A DNA stretch of 64,000 bases from Bryobacterales bacterium (GCA_965116065.1 OZ220485.1:5040347-5104346); one strand, 5' to 3'. Positions 28,166 through 37,874 are shown, counted from the first letter of the stretch. Notes: generated by a model not told the origin, from the sequence alone. Translations and numbers: made by a program.

Positions 28166-29269
28166 ATGACACCCCAAAACTCGGTCGGAATCGCCGCTCT
28201 TGCCGCGAGAGGAGGCACCCTTGCCCGGAAACAGCATGTCGAGTACAGGAGTCTCCCTTCGAAGAGTATCCTGAACCGCTGCTCGAACCCGCGGATGCCG
28301 TTCCGGTGGACGGTGAATCCGTATCGGGGTTGCGAGATCGGGTGCCATTACTGCTACGCACCCTACACGCATGCATATCTCGGGCTTGACGATCCAGACG
28401 ACTTCCAGTCGCTGATCTTCTCGAAGGACAAGGCGAGGGAGATTCTGGAGGGGGAACTCCGGCGCGGAGTGGAGGGGCCGATTGCCGTGGGCACCGGTAC
28501 GGACCCGTACCAGCCGGCGGAGCGGAATTTCGAGACCACCAAGGGGATCCTCGAAGCACTCTCCCGGTTCTCCGGGCTCCAGATCGGCATCACGACGAAG
28601 TCAGACCTGATCCTGCGGGACCTCGACCTGCTGGGCAAGATCGCCACCCGGAACCAGCTGCATGTGAACATCACCGTCACCACCATGGACGAGAAACTCG
28701 CACGACTGCTGGAACCACTAGCCGTTAGACCCGACATGCGGATCGAAGCCATCCGTCAACTGCGATGGAGAGGGATCGACGCCGGTGTCTTCAGCGCTCC
28801 AGTACTGCCTCTTCTGACGGATACGATGGAGCTTCTCAGTGCCGTTGCCGAGCAGGCGAAGCGGGCCGATGCGGCGTATTGGACGGCCAACCCGCTGTTC
28901 CTGAAGGAATCGGCAAGGAAGCGCCTGATTCCCGTACTTGAGCAGCGGTTCCCGCGGATTGCCGATCGCTACAAGTCCCACTATCGTCGTGGTGCCTACG
29001 TAGCGCCGGACTATCGAGACTGGCTTCGCGCACGGGTGGAGACGATTCGCGGCAAGTACGGTCTGGCTGATACGATTCCGTTCGCTTCGGTCCCCGCGGA
29101 CAATGTCCATGGTCCGGCTCAAGGCAACCTCTTTGCCGGACTGGAGCCGGAGAGTCTGCCGACGCGGCGCGGGCCGACTACCGTACCGGCACCTGGCGGC
29201 GAAGTTCCCCATGTACGGGGCCGGGGCTACTTGAACCGACATCCGTCCCCCGTTCAGAGTGCGGCTTGA
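28166..29269 (+). CDS. radical SAM protein (SplB / COG1533-like)
   Basis: WTVNPYRGCEIGCHYCYA carries the CxxxCxxC cluster motif. Confidence 0.85.
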   Translation: MTPQNSVGIAALAARGGTLARKQHVEYRSLPSKSILNRCSNPRMPFRWTVNPYRGCEIGCHYCYAPYTHAYLGLDDPDDFQSLIFSKDKAREILEGELRRGVEGPIAVGTGTDPYQPAERNFETTKGILEALSRFSGLQIGITTKSDLILRDLDLLGKIATRNQLHVNITVTTMDEKLARLLEPLAVRPDMRIEAIRQLRWRGIDAGVFSAPVLPLLTDTMELLSAVAEQAKRADAAYWTANPLFLKESARKRLIPVLEQRFPRIADRYKSHYRRGAYVAPDYRDWLRARVETIRGKYGLADTIPFASVPADNVHGPAQGNLFAGLEPESLPTRRGPTTVPAPGGEVPHVRGRGYLNRHPSPVQSAA

Positions 29270-29330
29270 CTCAAGGACCGGACTTCCATGCCAACGGTTG
29301 CAGGCAGCCCGGAGCCGACTGACAACCAGT

Positions 29331-29402
29331 CTCGGAGTTCCGCACATGGGACTAATTCGGAACGTCACGCGGTGGGGTGGACTGCCGGGGTTGGCGAGGG
29401 AT
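29331..29402 (+). repeat. ~72-nt dispersed repeat, copy 1
   Basis: ctcggagttccgcacatgggactaattcggaacgtcacgcggtggggt...ggcgagggat. It matches the reverse complement of 55611-55682 at roughly 85% identity. Confidence 0.7.
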
Positions 29403-29778
29403 GCGGGGTCCGTTCTGGGTGCTGGGCCGACAGTCGTGGACCCGTCGCGAAGCGGTGCCCGGCTACCGGCAGACTACCCGCGCGGTTTGAAGGCCCGCGC
29501 GGTTCCATCGCCGACCATCGTTGGCGAGGGGGAGGGTGGTACAGGGTGTGGGCCTGTGCACGATGCTTCAGAAACGACTCAATATACTGAAAATAAACAT
29601 GTTAACATATCTTCATGCCTGATTCTTACTCCCTGTGGTGAGATATCCGGGCTATGTCGTTTCCGCAGTGCTTGGTGTGTCCAAGCGCCAACTTCGTCGA
29701 CCAACGGTTACCATCATGATAGGATCCAGTCGAATCGTCGTAGCGACGATACTCTTCCATGGAAGGAGGAAGACAGCG

Positions 29779-30039
29779 ATGGCGGAAGTACTCAAGACAG
29801 AACGAACGTTCCTGAGAGACAACCTGCACGAACTTCGGGACCAGTATCCAGGAAACTACCTGCTGATCAAGGGCGAAAAGGTCTATGGCTATTACGAGAC
29901 TCGAGATCAAGGAGTCGAGGTCGGAATCAGCCTGTTCGGTCGTGGTCCGTTTCTGGTCGGCTCGGTGAGCGATCCCGAGCCGGACCCAGTCGTTGTCCCT
30001 GCCTTGATCGCAGGTGTGCCTTTCGGTGGCAGTCCTTAA
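29779..30039 (+). CDS. DUF5678-like small protein
   Basis: ATG 29779 follows ggagga. The pattern LRDQYPGNYLLIKGEKVYGYYETRDQ is DUF5678-like. Confidence 0.45.
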   Translation: MAEVLKTERTFLRDNLHELRDQYPGNYLLIKGEKVYGYYETRDQGVEVGISLFGRGPFLVGSVSDPEPDPVVVPALIAGVPFGGSP

Positions 30040-30481
30040 CGTCAAGATAGAAGTCAGGGACCGACAGGAGAATGTCGTCAACGTTCCGGCGGGACTGGGA
30101 TTACAGCGACTCGGACCGATCGTTAGCGTAGGCATCTCGCCACCACGGACCGCACGGACCGGCCAAGACTCGGCCATGGCGGGACGAGCCCTGATCGATA
30201 CTGGTGCCAGCGTCACCTGTGTGGACCGGGATGCAGCAGAGCGGGCCGGACTAGCGATAGCTGGCGAGGCGCGGATGGCGTCCGCTACTCATGAGTCTGA
30301 GATGGTGCCTCGATACGATGGGACACTTCAGATCGATGGCTTTGGAAGCGTCACCCTGAGAGGGGCATACGGTGCCAATCTGAAGACACACGGACTCATT
30401 GCGTTGATCGGACGGGACTTGCTGGCGTCTTGCGTCCTGATTGTCAATGGCCCTGACGGAACAGTTACGCTGACCCGCTAA
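30014..30481 (+). CDS. retropepsin-like (clan AA) aspartic protease
   Basis: ALIDTGASVTCVD is the D-T-G-A active site, and IALIGRDLL is also present. The start is GTG 30014 or 30026 and overlaps the upstream gene. Confidence 0.7.
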   Translation: MCLSVAVLNVKIEVRDRQENVVNVPAGLGLQRLGPIVSVGISPPRTARTGQDSAMAGRALIDTGASVTCVDRDAAERAGLAIAGEARMASATHESEMVPRYDGTLQIDGFGSVTLRGAYGANLKTHGLIALIGRDLLASCVLIVNGPDGTVTLTR

Positions 30482-31486
30482 CCGGACATCCGGACGAAAC
30501 CAGGATCCGCCGTTCGGGAACCGCTGGTCTTATTAGCAGGTCGAGATGACCTGCAGTAAGGCGAGAGACATTCAGATTAGCTACCGGATCATGGGCGGTT
30601 CGGTCTTGGGCAGCGTATAACAGGTGTGCCCGGAGCCGGCCCGGTGGGCCGGAGTCATCCGTATCCTCGCCGGGACGCTGCGAAGTCGACTGCCCGGGGT
30701 GGTGTCGTCTCCTGAGCCTGCCGCCCCGGCCAACCTCGGCAAGCAACCCACATCGGATCGTCGACCCGGTGGAGCGGATCGGTTGGCTTAGGCTGGGCAT
30801 GGCACGAATCCCGGCGGGCCATCGTCAGTCGCTCTCGCCGGTCGCTGGCGCCTCGTCCAAGCTGGGAGCGAACTTGGTGCACTGGCGTGGCTACGGGCGA
30901 AGGTCGCGAGGAGCCTCAGCCCTCGCATTTTCAATCGATAGTGACACCACTTCACTGGTCAAAGAGCTCACTGGTTCTGAAGTCAGACCTTCCTGCACTC
31001 CATGGCCAAGGCCCCCTGCATTGCGTGATCTGTGCTTCGTCGGTGTCGCGTCATCGTTGGCAATTACTCACACTCTGTCATAGGCTGTTGCATCTGCTCC
31101 GCGTGCAGGTTGCGCACAGGAAGATCACCTTCGGTACCGACAGCCGACTGGGATTGAGTCGGTTGACAGGGTCGGGCAACATCCCCCCTGACCCGCGCGT
31201 TTCGATAGCATGATTTGATGGGAGAGTCGCCATTGGATGACCAAGCCGGAAGCACCAGCATGAGTACAGGCACCACTGTCAGCAACACTGATCGCGCGGA
31301 AAGCCGGGTATGCCAGCGTGTCGGCCCACGAGATGTCCCTCCATTTGCGTGGCGACTCCGCCCGAACATCGTCTCTGAAACGAAGCAGTCACCGGTACCA
31401 GTCCAGTCGGGACGGACGGATCGCCGGGCTCCGTCAATGATGAGGGGCCCGGTCATCACCGTCGATCGCCGGGCAGTTGAACCGCG

Positions 31487-34400
31487 ATGAGGATCGTTCC
31501 GAACACCGGCACCGTTCGGGTGGTCGATATCGTCCGCCCCTGGCTCAGGGGTGGCAATCGGGTCGATCTCGCGTCCCGAACGTTGTCGCTCTTTGCTTTC
31601 GGTGAGCTTGCCGGAGATCTTGCCCGCCTGGACGGCGCGCGGCTCGTCCTGCCGTCTGACGAGGCCGAGTTCGACTTCCTAGGATCCGTCGTGGACCGCG
31701 CCGCCCGCAATCGACTTCAGGCCCGCTGGCTCGCCGGACATTGCACGAAATGGATCGAGAGGGTGGCTGAGGTGCGCAGGGCAAACGGGGCCGTTCCACA
31801 GGGGGCGATCGTGCTGCGCAACCGTGACGATCATGCGAGGCAGGCCCTGATCGGTTCATTCTCATTCAGTACAGACGGGCTCGGCCTCGCACCGGGTAAT
31901 CCGCTCAACCTGATTCAGGCGTCCGAAGCCCCTGAAGAGGGCGAACGGCTGGGCGAGTGGTTTGACGCGCAGTGGTGTGGACTAACGGAAGGCGACGCCG
32001 CAAAATCAGACTTGATTGCGGCATTGCGCGGCATCGCCGCGCACCGCGCTCCTTTCGCCATCTACTCATTGATCCTGCATCACATCTTGCGGATTGATGG
32101 AGGTGAACTCGACGAGGAGACGGTCGTCAATTCGTCGACCGGAATCCGTGAGACGGAAGTCTGGAAGAGGCTGTTCAAGTTCCAGCGTGACGGGGTCGTC
32201 GGTGCCATAGACAAGCTCGCGCGGTTCGGCGGTTGCATCATTGCCGACAGTGTGGGACTCGGGAAGACATTCGAGGCTCTTGCGATCATCAAGTACCACG
32301 AGCTTCGGAACGACCGTGTTCTCGTGCTCTGTCCGAAGCGCCTGCGCGACAACTGGACCCTGTACCGGGCGAACGATCGCCGCAACATTCTTGCCCGAGA
32401 CCGCTTCAACTACGACATTCTCAATCACACCGATCTGTCCCGCGACGCTGGCCGATCTGGCGATATCGACCTCGCCCATGTGAACTGGGGCAACTACGAT
32501 CTCGTGGTGATCGACGAATCGCACAACTTCCGCAACAAGCGGTCGCCCCGACAGGGTGGTCAGACGCGCTACGACCGGCTCATGCACCGAATCGTCCAAG
32601 ACGGCGTGAAGACGCGGGTCCTGATGCTGTCGGCCACTCCGGTAAACAACCGGCTGGCCGACCTACGCAACCAGATCGCCTTCGCTACTGAAGGAGACGA
32701 CACGGCGCTGGAGAGTCACGGCGTTACCAGCATCGACGGCACCACGCAGCGGGCGCAGAAGCAGTTCAACCGCTGGCTGGATCTGGACGATGCCGAACGT
32801 ACTCCGTCCCGACTCATCGACATGCTGGGGTTCGATTACTTCACGCTGCTGGACCGACTTACCATCGCCCGCTCCCGTCGTCATCTGGAAAAATACTACG
32901 GAGACAGCGACACTGTCCGCTTCCCGGAGCGGCTGAAGCCCATCAATGTGAAGCCGGATGTCGATCTTGCGGGCGACTTTCCCTCGGTTCGCGACGTCAA
33001 TACGGAGATCCGTCGGCTGAATCTCGCCGCCTATGCGCCACTGCGCTATGTTCTGCGGCACAAGGAGGCAAAGTACGACGAGAAATACAGCACTCAGCTT
33101 CGTGGCGGAGGTGGAACGTTCCGGCAACTGGACCGCGAGAAGAGTCTTATCCAACTTCTGCGCGTGAACGCGCTGAAGCGCATGGAGAGTTCGGTCGCCT
33201 CTTTCGCACTGACCGTGAAGCGCCAGCTGGCCGATGTCGAGGCTCTGCTTGCCCGCATCGAGACACAACCGGACGAACTGGAGGATATCGACATCACCGA
33301 TGTCGATATCGAGGACCCGGCCTTCGAAGGCCTTCTGGTCGGCCACAAGGTCAAGGTTCTGCTCCAGGATGTCGATCCGATCCGCTGGCGGCAGGATCTG
33401 ATCGAGGATCGGAACCGGCTGACAACACTGCATGCCGCGGCCAACCAGGTGACCGTCGAACGCGATGCCAAGCTGGCCGAACTGCGATCAATGATCGAGC
33501 GGAAGTTCCATGACCCGATCAACGCCGAGAACCGCAAGGTCATAGTGTTCACGGCGTTCGCGGACACAGCACGTTACCTGTACGACGCGCTGGCACCCTG
33601 GGCGCGGGATTCCATCGGACTGCAAACCGCCCTGGTCACGGGGGTCGGGGCCAACCAGACAACCCTGCCGGAGCTACGACGCGACCTCGCTTCCATCCTG
33701 ACCGCCTTCGCGCCCCGCACCAAGGAACGGCCGGACAGCCTTGCGGGCGAAGGAGAGATCGATCTTCTGATCGCGACCGACTGCATCTCCGAAGGCCAGA
33801 ACCTTCAGGACTGCGACTGGCTCGTGAACTATGACATCCATTGGAACCCGGTACGGATCATCCAGCATTTCGGCCGAATCGACCGGATCGGCTCACCCAA
33901 CGAGCGCATCCAACTCGTCAACTTCTGGCCCAACATGGAGCTGGAAGAATATCTCCGTCTGGAACAGCGCGTGAGCGGCCGTATGGTTCTTCTCGACATT
34001 TCCGCAACCGGCGAAGAAAACCTGATCGAGCAGCAGTCGGGGGATCCGATGAACGATCTGGCTTACCGGCGCAAACAACTCCTGAACCTACAGGACGCAG
34101 TGATCGACCTGGATGACCTTTCTTCCGGAGTCTCCATTACCGATCTGACGCTGACTGATTTTCGGATCGACCTGGCAGAGTATCGCAGGGCCAATCCAGA
34201 GCCGCTCGATTCGGTGCCGCTCGGGATGCACGCAGTCGTCATCGCGGCGGACACTGAGATCCCTGTCGGCGCGATTTTCTGTCTGCGAGCCGAAGGCACG
34301 GCCGCAGATACCCAGTTCCACCCAGGCTATCCTCTGGCTCCACACTATCTGGTGCATGTCGGCGAGGATGGCACCGTGCTCCTGCCGTTCACTCAGGGGA

Positions 34401-34684
34401 AGGCCGTCCTTGACCGACTCAGGCGGCTTTGTGTTGGCAAGGAGATGCCCGACGCTCTGGCCTGTCGCCGTTTCGATCACGCTACTCGTCAGGGGCAGGA
34501 CATGCGCGCCGTACAACAGCAACTCGCCGCCGCTGTAGCCGCCATTGTCGGAACGGACGAGGAGCGTGCCGTCTCCAGCCTCTTTTCACCGGGGGGAACG
34601 CACGCCATATCCGGCGAGTTTCTAGGAGTAGACGATTTCGAGGTGGTGGCGTTTGTCGTGGTGCTGACAGGTGATGCGGCATGA
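31487..34684 (+). CDS. SNF2-family helicase with a degenerate PLD/HKD-like N-terminal domain
   Basis: Helicase motifs ADSVGLGKTFEA, VIDESHNFRN, LMLSATPVNN and QHFGRIDRIGS. The N-terminus has ...PQGAIVL...LIGSFSFSTDGLG..., which is PLD-like but lacks HxK. Confidence 0.9.
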   Translation: MRIVPNTGTVRVVDIVRPWLRGGNRVDLASRTLSLFAFGELAGDLARLDGARLVLPSDEAEFDFLGSVVDRAARNRLQARWLAGHCTKWIERVAEVRRANGAVPQGAIVLRNRDDHARQALIGSFSFSTDGLGLAPGNPLNLIQASEAPEEGERLGEWFDAQWCGLTEGDAAKSDLIAALRGIAAHRAPFAIYSLILHHILRIDGGELDEETVVNSSTGIRETEVWKRLFKFQRDGVVGAIDKLARFGGCIIADSVGLGKTFEALAIIKYHELRNDRVLVLCPKRLRDNWTLYRANDRRNILARDRFNYDILNHTDLSRDAGRSGDIDLAHVNWGNYDLVVIDESHNFRNKRSPRQGGQTRYDRLMHRIVQDGVKTRVLMLSATPVNNRLADLRNQIAFATEGDDTALESHGVTSIDGTTQRAQKQFNRWLDLDDAERTPSRLIDMLGFDYFTLLDRLTIARSRRHLEKYYGDSDTVRFPERLKPINVKPDVDLAGDFPSVRDVNTEIRRLNLAAYAPLRYVLRHKEAKYDEKYSTQLRGGGGTFRQLDREKSLIQLLRVNALKRMESSVASFALTVKRQLADVEALLARIETQPDELEDIDITDVDIEDPAFEGLLVGHKVKVLLQDVDPIRWRQDLIEDRNRLTTLHAAANQVTVERDAKLAELRSMIERKFHDPINAENRKVIVFTAFADTARYLYDALAPWARDSIGLQTALVTGVGANQTTLPELRRDLASILTAFAPRTKERPDSLAGEGEIDLLIATDCISEGQNLQDCDWLVNYDIHWNPVRIIQHFGRIDRIGSPNERIQLVNFWPNMELEEYLRLEQRVSGRMVLLDISATGEENLIEQQSGDPMNDLAYRRKQLLNLQDAVIDLDDLSSGVSITDLTLTDFRIDLAEYRRANPEPLDSVPLGMHAVVIAADTEIPVGAIFCLRAEGTAADTQFHPGYPLAPHYLVHVGEDGTVLLPFTQGKAVLDRLRRLCVGKEMPDALACRRFDHATRQGQDMRAVQQQLAAAVAAIVGTDEERAVSSLFSPGGTHAISGEFLGVDDFEVVAFVVVLTGDAA

Positions 34685-35406
34685 CGACATTTGATCCGCT
34701 CACAGCCCTCGCCCTCCCCTCCGGTGCGCTCGTCGACCGCCGCGTTCCCAAGAAGCTACTCATCGAGAACGGCACGTTTGCAGCGGGTGACCAGCGGCAC
34801 ATCCGGGAGGGAGTCGAGAAGTCGAGATGGGTTGCCGCACTCAAGCCGTCCACCGCCGGGATCGCCGAATATCGCGATGCCGAGCGCGAGTACATCGAGA
34901 TTGCGGTTCTGACCCTCAGACTGGGACCGGACGCCAAGAGCGAACGCCTTGTCGAACTGGTCCACCGCGCCATCCCCTATCCGGTACTCCTGATTGCCTG
35001 GCGGCAGGAGGTTCCGGAAATCTCACTGGCGCACAAGCGGCGCTCACTGGGCGGGGCCGACAAGACCGTCATCGACGGCGATATTGTCGGCGCTCGACTC
35101 GGCGACGACTGCCCTGCCGAACCGCTGGCGGCGTTTCGCAGGGCCCTCGCCCTGGAGCGGCAGCCCCACGGAACGCTCAGGGACTTGTACCAAGGCTGGA
35201 TCAACACGATCCATACGCTCCGCGCGACCATGATTACGGGGGAATTCCGCCTTCCGACCACGGCAGCGGCAGCCTCGGCAAGAGAAGCGACGTTGCGGGA
35301 ATACCGGCGACTCAGCGAGAGGATCAAGACGATACGATCCGGCGCAGGCAAGACGAAACAGATGGCTCGTCGGGCCGAACTGGACGCAGCACGGGGCAGA
35401 CTGTGA
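34681..35406 (+). CDS. DUF4391-domain protein
   Basis: ATGA overlap with the SNF2 stop. The pattern RRVPKKLLIENG...EYIEIAVLTL...HRAIPYPVLLIA...SLAHKR matches DUF4391 as I recall it. Confidence 0.7.
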   Translation: MTTFDPLTALALPSGALVDRRVPKKLLIENGTFAAGDQRHIREGVEKSRWVAALKPSTAGIAEYRDAEREYIEIAVLTLRLGPDAKSERLVELVHRAIPYPVLLIAWRQEVPEISLAHKRRSLGGADKTVIDGDIVGARLGDDCPAEPLAAFRRALALERQPHGTLRDLYQGWINTIHTLRATMITGEFRLPTTAAAASAREATLREYRRLSERIKTIRSGAGKTKQMARRAELDAARGRL

Positions 35407-35420
35407 AAGAGAGACGCATC

Positions 35421-37334
35421 ATGCAGAAGATCAGCGCGGGGGACCCGGAAACCCGCTCCGCCGACATCGTTGCCGAGAACGTTGAGCAGCTGAAGGCGCT
35501 GTTTCCTGAAGCAGTCACCGAAGGCAAGGTGGATTTTGAAGTGCTCCGTCAACTTCTCGGCGATGAAGTGGACGATGGTGAAGAGAAGTACGGACTCAAT
35601 TGGCATGGCAAGCGCCGCGCAAGGCGGCTGGCATTGACGCCGTCGATCGGGACCCTGCGCCCGTGCCCCGAGGACAGCGTTGATTGGGATACGACGCAGA
35701 ACTTGATGATTGAGGGCGACAACTTGGAGGTTCTGAAGCTCTTGCAGAAGAGCTACTCTGGAAAGGTCAAGTTGATTTACATTGACCCACCTTACAATAC
35801 GGGAAAGGACTTTATTTATTCGGACAATTATCAGGACAATATTCGGAGTTATTTAGAGATTACGAGGCAGACCGACGATCATAATTTGAAACTCTCTTCA
35901 AACGTCGAATCATCGGGTCGATTCCACACAAACTGGCTGAATATGATGTATCCACGGCTATTTATTGCTCGAAATCTCCTGTCGTCAGATGGAGCCATTT
36001 TTATGACCATAGGAGATGAAGAATGCGCGAATCTAATTCAGATTTGCAAGGACATTTTTGGGGAAGAGAACTTCTATGCGCATGTAATTTGGCAGAAAAA
36101 GTATGCAGTATCACAAGATGATCCTAGGATTGCCTCAATGCACGATCATATAATTGTGTTTTCCAAGAGCAGTAAGTTCAAGAGAAGCCTACTCCCGAGA
36201 ACCGAAAAACAAAAAAGTAGATACAAGAATCCTGACAACGACCATCGAGGCCCTTGGTCTGCGGACAACTACATCAGCAATAAGTCCAAAGATGAAAGAC
36301 CTACGCTTTGGTATCCTATTGTTCATCCGAAGACGAAAGCAGATGTGTGGCCGAAAGAATCGTCTGTTTGGCGTTATTCGAAAGAAAAACATGAACATAT
36401 TGAATCACAGAATCGGTTATATTGGGGGCCAAATCTGAACTATGATCGTCCGCGAATCAAGAAATTCTTGAATGAAGTGCAAGATGGAGTTGTTCCATCT
36501 ACATGGTGGCCATTTGCTGAAGTTGGACATAATGATGAAGCTCAGAAGGAGGCAGGAGATCTCGTCGGAGCGAAGGTATTTTCAACACCTAAGCCTCTTC
36601 GACTGATGGAAAGAGTGCTCGATATTGCCAGTGAACCAAACAGCTTAGTGATGGATTTCTTTGCAGGTTCTGGCAGTTTTGGGCACGCAGTGTTTCGAAA
36701 GAACAGTATCGATTTGGGGAACCGTCGTTTCATTATTGTTCAACTACCTGAGCCTCTCTTTCTCGAAGATGCTAACCAGAGAATAGCCGCTGCATTTTGC
36801 GATAGATTTGGTCGCCCTAGGAACATCGCTGAGGCAACCAAAGAGCGTCTTCACCGAGCATCAAGAAAAATAAAAGGCGAACGAAAACAATCGGAAAGCG
36901 ATCTCGGTTTCCGTGTCTTTAAGCTCGACACTTCCAACATCCGTCCTTGGGATCTGCAGCCGGATGACCTAGAAGGAGCACTACTTTCCGGGTTGGACCA
37001 TATCGTGGAGGGGCGAACCGAGCAGGACATCCTCTATGAGCTGCTCCTGAAGCTGGGCCTTGATCTCTGCGCACCCATCGAGACCCAGACCGTCGCGGGC
37101 AAGTCCGTGCACTCCGTCGGGGCGGGCACGCTGATTGCCTGCCTTGATGAATCCATTTCACGCAAAGAAATCGAACCGCTGGCGCTTGGTATCGCCGACT
37201 GGTATGAGTCGCTCGTACCTGCGGGCGAGTCCACCGTCGTCTTCCGCGACAGTGCCTTTGCCGACGATGTCGCCAAGGCGAACCTTGCCAAGACACTCAA
37301 GCAATGCGGTCTCCGCGACATGCGAAGCCTGTGA
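35421..37334 (+). CDS. mod: Type III restriction-modification methyltransferase (beta-class N6-adenine, Mod)
   Basis: Start MQKISAG at ATG 35421. Motif IV LIYIDPPYNTG precedes motif I DFFAGSGSFGHA. The 835-aa track ORF is an upstream out-of-gene extension. Confidence 0.9.
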   Translation: MQKISAGDPETRSADIVAENVEQLKALFPEAVTEGKVDFEVLRQLLGDEVDDGEEKYGLNWHGKRRARRLALTPSIGTLRPCPEDSVDWDTTQNLMIEGDNLEVLKLLQKSYSGKVKLIYIDPPYNTGKDFIYSDNYQDNIRSYLEITRQTDDHNLKLSSNVESSGRFHTNWLNMMYPRLFIARNLLSSDGAIFMTIGDEECANLIQICKDIFGEENFYAHVIWQKKYAVSQDDPRIASMHDHIIVFSKSSKFKRSLLPRTEKQKSRYKNPDNDHRGPWSADNYISNKSKDERPTLWYPIVHPKTKADVWPKESSVWRYSKEKHEHIESQNRLYWGPNLNYDRPRIKKFLNEVQDGVVPSTWWPFAEVGHNDEAQKEAGDLVGAKVFSTPKPLRLMERVLDIASEPNSLVMDFFAGSGSFGHAVFRKNSIDLGNRRFIIVQLPEPLFLEDANQRIAAAFCDRFGRPRNIAEATKERLHRASRKIKGERKQSESDLGFRVFKLDTSNIRPWDLQPDDLEGALLSGLDHIVEGRTEQDILYELLLKLGLDLCAPIETQTVAGKSVHSVGAGTLIACLDESISRKEIEPLALGIADWYESLVPAGESTVVFRDSAFADDVAKANLAKTLKQCGLRDMRSL

Positions 37335-37362
37335 CAGTGAAGGGTTGGGATCTGACCTATTC

Positions 37363-37617
37363 ATGAACCGGCAGGAGCGACTATTGCAGACTGGCCTGTG
37401 GGGACGGTCTGTCGCGAACATCCGGCTCTTGGATTGGCGAGCCCTGATGGCGTATCTGGTTTTCGAAGAGCGCGTACGCGCCAGCCATCACCTCTTCGAC
37501 CGAGAGGGCGTGGTGGAGATCGTCAACCTGCAGAGCCGCGGCGGTCACGTCAAACCCTTTCAGTTGAAGCAGGTCCGGCAGTTGATTCTGAGATATAGTC
37601 TGGGAAGAGACGACTGA
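37363..37617 (+). CDS. hicA: HicA-family toxin (tentative)
   Basis: The 84-aa protein has ...RASHHLFDREGVVEIVNLQSRGGHVKPFQLKQVRQLI..., which resembles the HicA SH(H/R)xF...core. It sits immediately 5' of hicB with a TGATG overlap. Confidence 0.5.
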   Translation: MNRQERLLQTGLWGRSVANIRLLDWRALMAYLVFEERVRASHHLFDREGVVEIVNLQSRGGHVKPFQLKQVRQLILRYSLGRDD

Positions 37618-37874
37618 TGCACAAGTACGAGATCATTCTCTACTGGAGCAACGAAGACCAAGCGTTCATTGCCGAGGCTCCCGAGTTGCCCGGCTGCATT
37701 GCACACGGAGACGATCAGGAGACCGTATTGCGCAATATCAAGGACGCCATGAGTTTCTGGATAGAACGAGCACAGGATCTGGGACGGACCGTCCCGCAGC
37801 CGAAGGGCGAGCGCATGATGCTTGCCTGTCGGCATGGGCGAGGAACACAGGCGAGAGGCACTCTTGCAAGATGA
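37617..37874 (+). CDS. hicB: HicB-family antitoxin (short, UPF0150 type)
   Basis: YEIILYWSNEDQAFIAEAPELPGCIAHGDDQETVLRNIKDAMSFWIERAQDLGRTVPQP is the classic HicB N-domain. Confidence 0.8.
   Translation: MHKYEIILYWSNEDQAFIAEAPELPGCIAHGDDQETVLRNIKDAMSFWIERAQDLGRTVPQPKGERMMLACRHGRGTQARGTLAR

Noticed and set aside
34827-35420. A 198-codon N-terminal extension of Mod (835-aa track ORF).
   Set aside because: The extension is Arg/Gly-rich and overlaps the well-formed DUF4391 gene in another frame. Mod homologs start near MQKISAG (ATG 35421).
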